A stretch of DNA of 43,186 nucleotides from Bacteroidales bacterium (GCA_045639985.1 JAZUEE010000273.1:1-43186); one strand, 5' to 3'; shown: positions 1-7,821, counted from the first letter of the stretch. The notes: generated from the letters alone by a model not told the origin. A program made the numbers and translations.

Positions 1-1
1 A

Positions 2-355
2 GCATTCCGTGCTGCCTCCTGCGGCGGCCCCGTGGTTAACTGGGAATGGTATGAAGTGATGTACGGCGAACGCTATATGGACACGCCGCAAGAGAATCCC
101 GACGGCTATGCTCACGCCAACATCATCCCCAAAATCAAAAATGTGAAATGTCCGTTACTTGTTATGCATGGTTGTCAAGACCACACCGTGGTTTGGCAGC
201 AAAGCCTCGAACTGATGCGACAAGCCGTTACCGATGGCATTGAAATCGAATACTTCCCTTATACGATTTACGACCACAACGTCATCGGACCAGAGCGAGT
301 GCATCTTTGGAACAAACTGCTCCAGTTCCACAACCAGAATCTCAAGGGCGAATAA
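2..355 (+). CDS. S9 family serine peptidase (dipeptidyl-peptidase IV-like), C-terminal fragment; the 5' end lies outside the window
   Basis: The frame is open from the window edge. GGPVVNWEWYEVMYGERYMDTPQENPDGY ... PLLVMHGCQDHTV ... YDHNV matches the C-terminal Asp/His part of DPP-IV / prolyl oligopeptidase alpha/beta hydrolases. The TAA stop at 353-355 overlaps the next ATG. Confidence 0.8.
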   Translation, partial: AFRAASCGGPVVNWEWYEVMYGERYMDTPQENPDGYAHANIIPKIKNVKCPLLVMHGCQDHTVVWQQSLELMRQAVTDGIEIEYFPYTIYDHNVIGPERVHLWNKLLQFHNQNLKGE

Positions 356-909
356 TGAAACGACTGTTCATCGCCACCAAGATAAGCCTCAGTCCTGAAT
401 ACCAACATCTCGTGGCGCAGTTGCAGCAGGAACTGCGCCATGATGATATCACATGGGTGAAGGACGAGGTGAGCCACTTGACCTTGCGATTTTTAGGTGC
501 CACTCCCGACTTTAAAATTCCCGCCATTAAGGATGCCATGAAGGATGCCTGTGCGCCGAGTTCTCCATTCTATTTGGAGCTGAACAAATTAGGTGTTTTT
601 GGAAGCCACTACAAGCCCGAAGTCCTTTGGTTGGGCTTTGAGGAGTTTTTCTTTTTTCGCCAACTTTTTGACCGTTTGGAACCCAAATTGCTGGAGCAAG
701 GTTTTGAACCGGCGTATGGCAATTTCGTACCACATATCACATTGGGACGCATCAAAAACGTCCTCAACAAACAGCGTTTCTGGAAAACTATCGAATCTCA
801 TCGTCCGAATTTCTCACAGATGATACCCGTTTCTGAAATAACGCTCTTCCAAAGTTTCCTGCACAATGACGGGCCGGAATACAAAGTGCTGGAGAAAGTG
901 AAAATGTGA
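355..909 (+). CDS. thpR: RNA 2',3'-cyclic phosphodiesterase (2H phosphoesterase, LigT/ThpR family)
   Basis: Two H-x-T-x motifs (HLTLRF and HITLGR) at the spacing typical of 2H phosphoesterases, ~184 aa. I chose the ATG at 355 (MKRLFIATK), which overlaps the upstream stop as TAATG, rather than the ORF-track start at 307. Confidence 0.85.
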   Translation: MKRLFIATKISLSPEYQHLVAQLQQELRHDDITWVKDEVSHLTLRFLGATPDFKIPAIKDAMKDACAPSSPFYLELNKLGVFGSHYKPEVLWLGFEEFFFFRQLFDRLEPKLLEQGFEPAYGNFVPHITLGRIKNVLNKQRFWKTIESHRPNFSQMIPVSEITLFQSFLHNDGPEYKVLEKVKM

Positions 910-1043
910 AAACACATATAGTCATTGTACATTGTATTGTCTTTCAACCAGTTTGCACAAATTATTTTCTTCATAGTAAAATTCTTAATCGATTCTTTCA
1001 AGACAAGAAATACGTTTTATATATTCACTATGGTCAAAATAGT

Positions 1044-1141
1044 TTTCTTCCGGGCTTCTCTTGTTCTTATTTCCATCTCCGTCCCTCATTCAACCTTGCG
1101 AAACCCGTTGGGCAAGGTCGGGAGCGGGCGGGACGGCGAAG
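1044..1141 (-). ncRNA. Copy 1 of an unnamed conserved structured RNA-like element (candidate 5' leader or cis-regulatory motif)
   Basis: Near-identical to 4531-4626 and similar to 19574-19665. The minus-strand transcript folds as outer helix CCGUCCC/GGGACGG around inner helix CGACCUUGC/GCAAGGUUG, followed by a purine-rich tail GGAAAUAAGAACAAGAGAAGCCCGG. It lies downstream of the C10 protease gene. Confidence 0.45.
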
Positions 1142-1196
1142 ATAGTGTTTTTTCGCCTGCGGCGTAACTTTCACAAATTATTCTAATTAAGACGAA

Positions 1197-2906
1197 TTAC
1201 TGTTTTACAAACTTAGCATTCAACATCTTACCTCGTTTGGTTGTTACTTTTAGTATGTATATGCCATTTTGCAATGAAGAGACATCAAGTTGAGAATTTG
1301 TCATCTCTGACTGTAGCACTTTGTTTCCCAGAATATTTGTTATCTCAACCTTACTGATTATATCTTGTGAATCACTCAGCTGAATATTCAATTGACACGT
1401 CGTTGGATTTGGATATAGAATGATTTTTTCATTATTTAAACACTCTTTTGAATCTATATTGTTTTCATAACCACTGCTTTCCATATCATTATCTTCAACA
1501 ATATAATTTCTGAAATTTCCAGTGCCACAAGGGGCAATGTTGGCAAGAACTGACGAACCTTGATCAGCATAAAAGCCATTAGTCAAGATAATTTCTTTAC
1601 CTGCTTGAATTTGTACAACAGCATTGTCATAGACACTGAATATGTGATGATTGTTTTCAAATGTACCTTTTGTCAGAAATAAGTGACCAAAAAATTGCGG
1701 AAATGAGTTGTCACAAGATAGAGAAATATTATCCCAACAATTTGAAGGTACAATATTAAAAACTGCAGCTTGTTCTGATGAAAAGTCGTACTGCGCCGAA
1801 TTAGTTTCCGGATTTAAATCTCCTAATGTAAACCAACCATTGCCTTCTCCTCTCCACCCCCAATTAAAATGAAATTTATAAGAAGAGAATATCTTTTTAT
1901 AGCCATCACAAACAAAAGAATGCGAAGATTCTCTATCATTATCAACTCCTCTATATAACAAAGGATGTTCGTCATTTAAATCTTCTATAATCATAGATTC
2001 CCAATCCTCTTGAGAATAATCACTCTTTGATTGATATATTGCATCATTAAAACCAAATTGGTGTAATGCAAATGGAACTCGGTTCGAATATGCTCCAGAC
2101 TGGCAACGATTATTGCTACTTGGTGGACAGTATCTCACCGAAACAGCAGATCCACAATCTCTAATCAGTTTTGATATGGCATTTCTTTGAATTTCATAGA
2201 AAGGATTGTCTCTTTGAATCAGTTCATCGGGCATATCATTCCAATCATATTGTTCACACCAATTGGGATTATTGATAGGATGTTTCCAATAATTTATTAT
2301 TTGTGCCATTGCTACAGGAACGCAACCAGCGGGGCAATTCGAACATGTTGTATCAAGTCCTATTATGCCAAAGTTATAGGCATGACCATATCCATCATTC
2401 GATTCGGTCTGACCCCATTTTGTTGTAAGCAGTGGCCCTTTCTTTTTTATTGATGTGCTTCTTGAATAATTTGAACTATGCAAAGAGTCCCAAAGAATGT
2501 GATAACGTTGGTCCACTGCATTGTTAAAATTATAAAGATTTTGTGATTTGTACAAATCAACAAAGTACCGTAAAGCATCTGGTAATTCGTTGTAATGGTT
2601 TAATATTTCATAATATGAATTGTTTTCGTCTGGAAAACTAAAAGCTAATACAGGATCACAAGATTTATGACCAGAAACCAGCACAAATCCACCTTCATCA
2701 AAATCGACCTCGTAAATCAAGGTGTCTCCTTCTATATCTAAAACACTCACATTTCTTATAGAAATTTCAGAGTTGACGGCTTTATCATATTTATAAAGAT
2801 TTTTTGCTATAGAAATTGCTTCAATATATGTTACTTGTTGTGCATTCAACAAATTGTAGGATAACATTAATAACAACAATAAGGAGTATCGGTATAACTT
2901 TTTCAT
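1197..2906 (-). CDS. C10 family cysteine peptidase (streptopain/SpeB-like) with an N-terminal Spi/I69-type prodomain and a C-terminal T9SS (Por) sorting domain
   Basis: Signal peptide MKKLYRYSLLLLLMLSYNLLNAQ. Catalytic Cys context CPAGCVPVAMAQIINYW, catalytic His context HSFVCDGY, then FHFNWGWRGEGNGWF. The C-terminus KIILYPNPTTCQLNIQL...GIYILKVTTKRGKMLNAKFVKQ matches a T9SS CTD. I chose the start at the ATG at 2906. Confidence 0.9.
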   Translation of the reverse strand: MKKLYRYSLLLLLMLSYNLLNAQQVTYIEAISIAKNLYKYDKAVNSEISIRNVSVLDIEGDTLIYEVDFDEGGFVLVSGHKSCDPVLAFSFPDENNSYYEILNHYNELPDALRYFVDLYKSQNLYNFNNAVDQRYHILWDSLHSSNYSRSTSIKKKGPLLTTKWGQTESNDGYGHAYNFGIIGLDTTCSNCPAGCVPVAMAQIINYWKHPINNPNWCEQYDWNDMPDELIQRDNPFYEIQRNAISKLIRDCGSAVSVRYCPPSSNNRCQSGAYSNRVPFALHQFGFNDAIYQSKSDYSQEDWESMIIEDLNDEHPLLYRGVDNDRESSHSFVCDGYKKIFSSYKFHFNWGWRGEGNGWFTLGDLNPETNSAQYDFSSEQAAVFNIVPSNCWDNISLSCDNSFPQFFGHLFLTKGTFENNHHIFSVYDNAVVQIQAGKEIILTNGFYADQGSSVLANIAPCGTGNFRNYIVEDNDMESSGYENNIDSKECLNNEKIILYPNPTTCQLNIQLSDSQDIISKVEITNILGNKVLQSEMTNSQLDVSSLQNGIYILKVTTKRGKMLNAKFVKQ

Positions 2907-2913
2907 AGTACAT

Positions 2914-3495
2914 TTAATTTCTGATTTCAACAATATCAAAATATAAATCCGGACTGCTACAGTGAGGAATCTCTGTGGTATAATCTATAGCAAATCCAGG
3001 AAAATTTCCTTCTGCAGGAAGACTGCCGAAAAAAAGCTTCCCTTTAGCAAATACTTTGTTAAAACGGTTTATTTGAGAAAGTTGTACGGCACTAATCTTA
3101 ATGAATAAGGGGCCTATATGATATTCTCGTATTGCTGAGGAATCATCTCCCATATCAAACACGTAAACATCACTTGCTTCATTTTCATTAGAAAATGGAT
3201 AGGAAGGAATGTCTGATAAGAAGCCACAAAAACTTATGGTATCGCCATTCTCAGAAAGGAACGGATAAACCTCTGGAGGTAGGACGTTGTAATTAAAATG
3301 ATTCATAACTTGCTCACAAGTATTATAGCCATCGGCTTCCAACGGCGGTTGATGATCTATATCAAACGAATGTATGCACTCACATTGGTTTGTTTCTGTA
3401 TTAAGAACACTGCCATACTCGTAATCGCAATGAACCGTCCGCTTGCAAGCCGCAAAAGACATTAAGACAATAAAAAAAACTATTATTTTTTTCAT
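2914..3495 (-). CDS. Hypothetical Cys-rich lipoprotein (~193 aa)
   Basis: Lipoprotein signal MKKIIVFFIVLMSFAAC. The ATG overlaps the upstream stop (TGATG) and the stop lies 7 nt before the C10 protease start, so it is probably co-translated in the operon. I recognise no domain. Confidence 0.7.
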   Translation of the reverse strand: MKKIIVFFIVLMSFAACKRTVHCDYEYGSVLNTETNQCECIHSFDIDHQPPLEADGYNTCEQVMNHFNYNVLPPEVYPFLSENGDTISFCGFLSDIPSYPFSNENEASDVYVFDMGDDSSAIREYHIGPLFIKISAVQLSQINRFNKVFAKGKLFFGSLPAEGNFPGFAIDYTTEIPHCSSPDLYFDIVEIRN

Positions 3496-4526
3496 CACTC
3501 ACCTCCTTTTGTTTTGAGTTCGTCAATTTGTTTTTGCAAATCAATGATATACAATGTCATTTCTTCGATTTTCTGTAATAGCACGGCATTCATCACACCC
3601 AAATCCACACCACCTTGTTCCACTTCCTCTGCAGAAGGAACATCGGGAAGATGCTTGTTTGTCTTCAAAAATGCATCCAAATCGCTCAAGTTCATCAGTT
3701 TATACCCTTCTTCAAACACGTAATCCGGCCAACACGGGCTGCCGCTGAGGGCTACACGGACCTCCTTGGCGCAAATGTTCCCATCAACCGTTAATTTGGC
3801 TTGCGGGTGGCCTGTACCTATGCCGACATTCCCGTTATCATCCAAAAACAGCCCGTAATTGAAACCATTGGTGGTACAATTCCAAGTCTTCCAAAAATTC
3901 AGACCATGACCTATGTCGTCATCATTCTGATATTCAATTCCCCACACACCATACGGACAGTCACCACTTGACTCGTCACCAAATAGCATTGACCCGTTAG
4001 CGGATCCTGGTGCTCTTGTTGAGGTTCGCGTAATTAATATATTGTTATCCACCACGTGAATCTTCTGCTTCGGATATTGCGTATTGAAACCAACATAACC
4101 ATTGGTGTCCACTACAAAACCGTTCCCATTGTTGAGCACGGATAAGTTCGCCTTTTCCATTTGCATAATTGAAACCACATTTTGGTCCTGAGATATTTGA
4201 AAGCCATCTGTCAGACGGGAACCGGTTGAAGTGTTTGTCATTTTGAAAATATTGGGTGATGGCCTTAGACCATTTCCAAGTGTTGAATGGAGTTGCAAAT
4301 TGCAAACCGGTATCCCAATGCCTATCCCTAAATAAGCTTTGTCTGAAAGCAGCCCCATTCGAGTCTCGTTATTGGTTTTGAATAATAAAGGCACGCCATT
4401 GGTTGTTCCAATAAAACTGCTACTTACAGCATTGGTGTTCCCGTTCAGCAACCAGGATGATATTTGAGCCTGAATAATAGGTACAAACATAATGGCAATT
4501 GCAATAATAAGTATTATTTTCTTCAT
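3495..4526 (-). CDS. Secreted tail-fibre-like / beta-rich repeat protein with a C-terminal coiled coil (hypothetical)
   Basis: Signal peptide MKKIILIIAIAIMFVPIIQAQ. WLLNGNTN...FIGTTNGVPLLFKTNNETRMGL...YLGIGIG and NGNVGIGTGHPQAKLTVDG repeats resemble Bacteroidetes tail-fibre-domain proteins. The C-terminal WPDYVFEEGYKLMNLSDLDAFLKTNKHLPDVPSAEEV...LLQKIEEMTLYIIDLQKQIDELK is a conserved module of unknown function. Start at M64 of the listed ORF. Confidence 0.7.
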   Translation of the reverse strand: MKKIILIIAIAIMFVPIIQAQISSWLLNGNTNAVSSSFIGTTNGVPLLFKTNNETRMGLLSDKAYLGIGIGIPVCNLQLHSTLGNGLRPSPNIFKMTNTSTGSRLTDGFQISQDQNVVSIMQMEKANLSVLNNGNGFVVDTNGYVGFNTQYPKQKIHVVDNNILITRTSTRAPGSANGSMLFGDESSGDCPYGVWGIEYQNDDDIGHGLNFWKTWNCTTNGFNYGLFLDDNGNVGIGTGHPQAKLTVDGNICAKEVRVALSGSPCWPDYVFEEGYKLMNLSDLDAFLKTNKHLPDVPSAEEVEQGGVDLGVMNAVLLQKIEEMTLYIIDLQKQIDELKTKGGE

Positions 4527-4530
4527 AAAA

Positions 4531-4626
4531 TTTCTTTCCGGGCTTCTCTTGTTCCTATTTCCATCCCCACCCTTCTTCAACCTTGCGAAGCCCGTTAGGC
4601 AAGGTCGGGAGCGGGCGGGAGTGTTG
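4531..4626 (-). ncRNA. Copy 2 of the unnamed structured RNA-like element, intercistronic and ending 4 nt upstream of the ATG at 4526
   Basis: Minus-strand RNA: outer helix CCCGCCC/GGGUGGG (it contains a G.U pair, which would be an A-C mismatch on the plus strand), inner helix CGACCUUGC/GCAAGGUUG, tail GGAAAUAGGAACAAGAGAAGCCCGGAAAGAAAUUUU-AUG. Confidence 0.5.
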
Positions 4627-4641
4627 AATTGTATTTTTTCA

Positions 4642-5142
4642 CTAATTGTTGTTATATGCAGCTTTTTCACTGAACGACAGCCCCGTGAAGGTGAACTGCC
4701 GCGTGGTGCTGTCACGATAGACCAGCTGCGCGGGAATGTTCAGGAAGATGATGTTGCCTTTCTCGTCCGTGTAGTTCAGCGAGCGGTCCGGCATCAGGAA
4801 GAAGTCCTCAGAAGTCAGGTCGAATGTATCTGTGGTGGTGGCGGTAAACGTCATACCCGTCTGTTGAAGATTGACGGCAGCCGAAACAGAACAATAATTT
4901 CCTGCCCCCTGACAATTCACATGGGTAAGATGACCATCCACTACGACACAACCAGTGCAGTCTTTGGCATTATGACCAATCATTGTCACCAAAAGAGTCG
5001 TATTTCCTGTTTTGCTTTCAGAGGGTATGACCACCACGCGATTGCGCGCAGGCTCCTTTATAGTTGTATCAACTTTTTCTTTTTCACAAGCAGAAAATAA
5101 GGTCAACAATGTTAAAAATGTGATGGGCAATGTTTTCTTCAT
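4642..5142 (-). CDS. Hypothetical Cys-containing lipoprotein (166 aa), first gene of the C10 protease operon
   Basis: Lipoprotein signal MKKTLPITFLTLLTLFSAC. Cys cluster GHNAKDCTGCVVVDGHLTHVNCQGAGNYC. I recognise no domain. A consensus -7 box lies upstream. Confidence 0.7.
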   Translation of the reverse strand: MKKTLPITFLTLLTLFSACEKEKVDTTIKEPARNRVVVIPSESKTGNTTLLVTMIGHNAKDCTGCVVVDGHLTHVNCQGAGNYCSVSAAVNLQQTGMTFTATTTDTFDLTSEDFFLMPDRSLNYTDEKGNIIFLNIPAQLVYRDSTTRQFTFTGLSFSEKAAYNNN

Positions 5143-5173
5143 AATATTGGGGACTTTGTTTAATTTGCGTTGG

Positions 5174-5181
5174 CAAAGATA
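5174..5181 (-). promoter_or_regulatory. Bacteroidetes-type -7 promoter box (TATCTTTG) for the lipoprotein/C10 operon
   Basis: The reverse complement is TATCTTTG, matching the TAnnTTTG consensus, 32 nt upstream of the ATG at 5142. Confidence 0.45.
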
Positions 5182-5372
5182 CGATTTACACCATTTGTTT
5201 TATCACATCACACTATAAATATGTCGCATCACGGCAAAAATATGACGAGTCGTGCAAATTTTATTTTATTGTTTGGCATTCAATTTATTACGGTGTGATG
5301 GAATACGGTTTTTTGATGGAATATTTTGAAAATATAGTGAAAATCGTCTTTTCTTCACATTGGAAATTTGGG

Positions 5373-5380
5373 TATTTTTG
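5373..5380 (+). promoter_or_regulatory. Bacteroidetes-type -7 promoter box (TATTTTTG) for the LytTR regulator gene
   Basis: TATTTTTG lies 23 nt upstream of the ATG at 5404. I see no clean -33 TTTG. Confidence 0.35.
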
Positions 5381-5403
5381 CACCGTTTTCAATTCGTTTC
5401 ACT

Positions 5404-6504
5404 ATGCAAAACACCCACAAAGTATTCATTGTTTTTCTGAACTTCCTGTTCTGTTCCGCATTGCTTTGGTTTTTCACCAGAAATGCCCTGCTGCGCCCCT
5501 ATGCGGGCAGTGCCGGCAAAGAAATCCTTGCCGGCCTGCTTCTACTGGCCACCCTATATGCCAACTACTTCCTATTGTATCCAAAGCTCTACCACAAACA
5601 TTCACATACCCTTTATTGGACCACTTTGCTTTTAATCACTTTGGCCGCCGCTTGGGGGGATATGGCCATTGCCTACTCTAACATCGCAAAATGCAACGCC
5701 GAGTTGTTTCAGATTGTCAGAAAGTTCAAATACCTGAGTTTATGCTTTGGATTCATTTTTGCTCGCAATTTTGCCTTTAACCTCTTCCCGTTTCTTCTGA
5801 GAGAAAGACTCTATGTGCAAGAACTTTTGGACAAAGAGGTGCAAGTCGTTTGCCACGAAATGCAGAAGATCGATATCACCGACAAAAACGGAGGGGTCCG
5901 CCTGATTGCTGTTGACGACATCTACTCCTGTTCTCAAGAAGGCAACTACACCTTCATCCACACCACGCAAAACGAAACATACACCCGTCTCGGTTCTATG
6001 AAGCATCTAGAACAGCTTTTGGGAAAGGAATTTGTTCGTATTACCCCAAAGCTGCTACTGCCTTTCCGGCACATCCTCTCTTGCAAAAACGGCATCGTGG
6101 TTATGAAAGAAATGCCGTTTGAAGAAGAAGGCCAGCTGTTCGCGATAGATTCCAAAAACAAAGAAGAAATCACGAAAGAAATCTCGCTGCATCTTCTTCG
6201 CCTCAATGAGGATGAGAACAAAGCTTCGGTTGAATTGAATATCAGGAAAGGGGGCAGGCGCAAGTCCGTTGTTCCTCCAAAAGAAAAATTGAAGAAAATC
6301 CAGACCTGCATACACAAGCATCCAGGCATCAAATCTGCGGACATCGCAGCAAAGACAGGCTACTCATCAGCCACTGTCGAGCGCAGTCTTGCCGTTCTCA
6401 AGCAGCGCGGCCTCATCACGCACACCGGTTCCAAAAAGACCGGCGGGTACTATGCGGTGGAAGAGCCAACGGAGAGAATGAAGAAGTCAAGAAACGAGAA
6501 TTAG
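5404..6504 (+). CDS. Membrane-anchored LytTR-family DNA-binding protein with an extra C-terminal winged-helix HTH domain
   Basis: The N-terminal ~140 aa are hydrophobic (about 4 predicted TM segments). LytTR-like core IAVDDIYSCSQEGNYTFIHTTQNETYTRLGSMKHLEQLLGKEFVRITPKLLLPFRHI. C-terminal IQTCIHKHPGIKSADIAAKTGYSSATVERSLAVLKQRGLITHTGSKKTGGYY looks like a MarR/DeoR-type wHTH. Start chosen at MQNTHKV. Confidence 0.7.
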   Translation: MQNTHKVFIVFLNFLFCSALLWFFTRNALLRPYAGSAGKEILAGLLLLATLYANYFLLYPKLYHKHSHTLYWTTLLLITLAAAWGDMAIAYSNIAKCNAELFQIVRKFKYLSLCFGFIFARNFAFNLFPFLLRERLYVQELLDKEVQVVCHEMQKIDITDKNGGVRLIAVDDIYSCSQEGNYTFIHTTQNETYTRLGSMKHLEQLLGKEFVRITPKLLLPFRHILSCKNGIVVMKEMPFEEEGQLFAIDSKNKEEITKEISLHLLRLNEDENKASVELNIRKGGRRKSVVPPKEKLKKIQTCIHKHPGIKSADIAAKTGYSSATVERSLAVLKQRGLITHTGSKKTGGYYAVEEPTERMKKSRNEN

Positions 6505-6531
6505 TACCTTAAAGGCACCATTCGTTTAATT

Positions 6532-7821
6532 CTACAATTTTCCCGTTTCCTCCTCTTTTTTGTATTTAAAGGCAAAGATAAAGGCAACTGCCACCACGAA
6601 AGAATACGTGGCGAAGATGCCCCACACGGTAGTCCAGTCGCCGACCAAAAACGCATGCGTTTCCTCACCAATAGCAAAAGACTTCCAAGAGCAAAAAGTA
6701 TCAACTACCTTTTGAGCAGAAAGCGTGCCGATGGTCGCACCAAATCCATTCGTCATCAGCATAAAGAGTCCTTGGGCAGAAGAGCGCATGGAAGCATCTG
6801 TTTCCTTATCCACAAACAGTGAGCCGCTGATATTGAAGAAGTCGAAGGCCACGCCATAAACAATCATAGAAAGCACTATCAACCAAGCTCCGCCACCAGG
6901 ATTGCCAATGCCAAACAATCCAAAACGAAGCACCCACGCGAACATGGCAATCAGCATCACCTTCTTAATGCCGAATTTCTTCAAACAAAACGGTATCAGC
7001 AAAATACAAAGGGTTTCTGAGATTTGAGACAGCGACACTAACATATTAGTATGCCTTACGCCGAACGTATCCGCGAACTCCGGTTGCGCACCAAAACTAA
7101 AAATAAAGGGATTGGCAAAGCCGTTTGTAATCTGCAAAGAAACACCCAAAAGCATGGAGAATATGAAAAAAACAGCCATTCTCTTTTCCTTAAAAAGAGA
7201 GAAGGCCTTAAGTCCAAGCGCTTCCACTATGGATTTTGCTTTACCTTTTGGCGCAACCGGACATTTAGGCAAAGTAAACGCATAACCCGCCAATGCCAAA
7301 CCAATGCAGCCACTCATCACAAACTGCATAGCGGATTCTTGAAATCCCAACTTATCTACTGCCCACATGGAGCAAATAAATCCTATCGTACCAAATACGC
7401 GAATGGGGGGAAACTCTTTCACGGTGTCCAATCCTGCTTGCGTCAGAGCGCTATAGGCCACGGAATTGGAGAGTGCCAATGTCGGCATATAGAAAGCCAC
7501 CGAAACCGTATAGAGCGTAAAAAGCGGGCCAAACTGAACAGCACCACCTGCGGAGAGCCCGTATGCACCAGCAGCCACCATAGCCGCTCCGGCTATTAAA
7601 TGGCTAATGCCCAACATCTTCTGCGCGGAAATCCAGCGGTCGGCCAAAATACCCAACAAAGCAGGCATAAAAATAGAAACAATTCCTTGTATTGAATAGA
7701 ACAATCCTATATGAGAGCCCATACCATTAGGTCCCAAATAGCGTCCCATACAAGTTAGATATGCCCCCCAGATAGCAAACTGGAGGAAATTCATAACTAC
7801 AAGACGTGTTTTCAAATACAT
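6532..7821 (-). CDS. MFS transporter, nucleoside:H+ symporter (NHS, NupG/XapB-like) family
   Basis: 429 aa with about 12 TM segments. The N-terminus MYLKTRLVVMNFLQFAIWGAYLTCMGRYL resembles the NupG N-terminal signature. Confidence 0.8.
   Translation of the reverse strand: MYLKTRLVVMNFLQFAIWGAYLTCMGRYLGPNGMGSHIGLFYSIQGIVSIFMPALLGILADRWISAQKMLGISHLIAGAAMVAAGAYGLSAGGAVQFGPLFTLYTVSVAFYMPTLALSNSVAYSALTQAGLDTVKEFPPIRVFGTIGFICSMWAVDKLGFQESAMQFVMSGCIGLALAGYAFTLPKCPVAPKGKAKSIVEALGLKAFSLFKEKRMAVFFIFSMLLGVSLQITNGFANPFIFSFGAQPEFADTFGVRHTNMLVSLSQISETLCILLIPFCLKKFGIKKVMLIAMFAWVLRFGLFGIGNPGGGAWLIVLSMIVYGVAFDFFNISGSLFVDKETDASMRSSAQGLFMLMTNGFGATIGTLSAQKVVDTFCSWKSFAIGEETHAFLVGDWTTVWGIFATYSFVVAVAFIFAFKYKKEEETGKL

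Noticed and set aside
798-1001. 67-aa minus-strand ORF downstream of RNA element copy 1
   Set aside because: It overlaps the thpR 3' end by 112 nt and has no signal peptide or recognisable motif. I treat it as a relic start codon in a finding, not as a gene.
906-1167. Similar peptides (FNLAKPVGQGRERAG and LRNPLGKVGSGR) translated from plus-strand ORFs at 906-1145, 925-1167, 4492-5100 and 19441-19683, which could suggest a conserved small protein
   Set aside because: The similarity appears in different reading frames in different copies and stops at the borders of the nucleotide repeat. The substitutions preserve RNA base pairing, including G.U pairs that work only on the minus strand, rather than codons.
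4527-4715. N-terminal 63-aa extension of the tail-fibre-like ORF (listed ORF start at 4715)
   Set aside because: The extension runs through the conserved RNA-like element and into the upstream lipoprotein gene. A canonical signal peptide starts at M64 (ATG at 4526). The same nucleotide element occurs at two other sites where it is not in frame with any gene.
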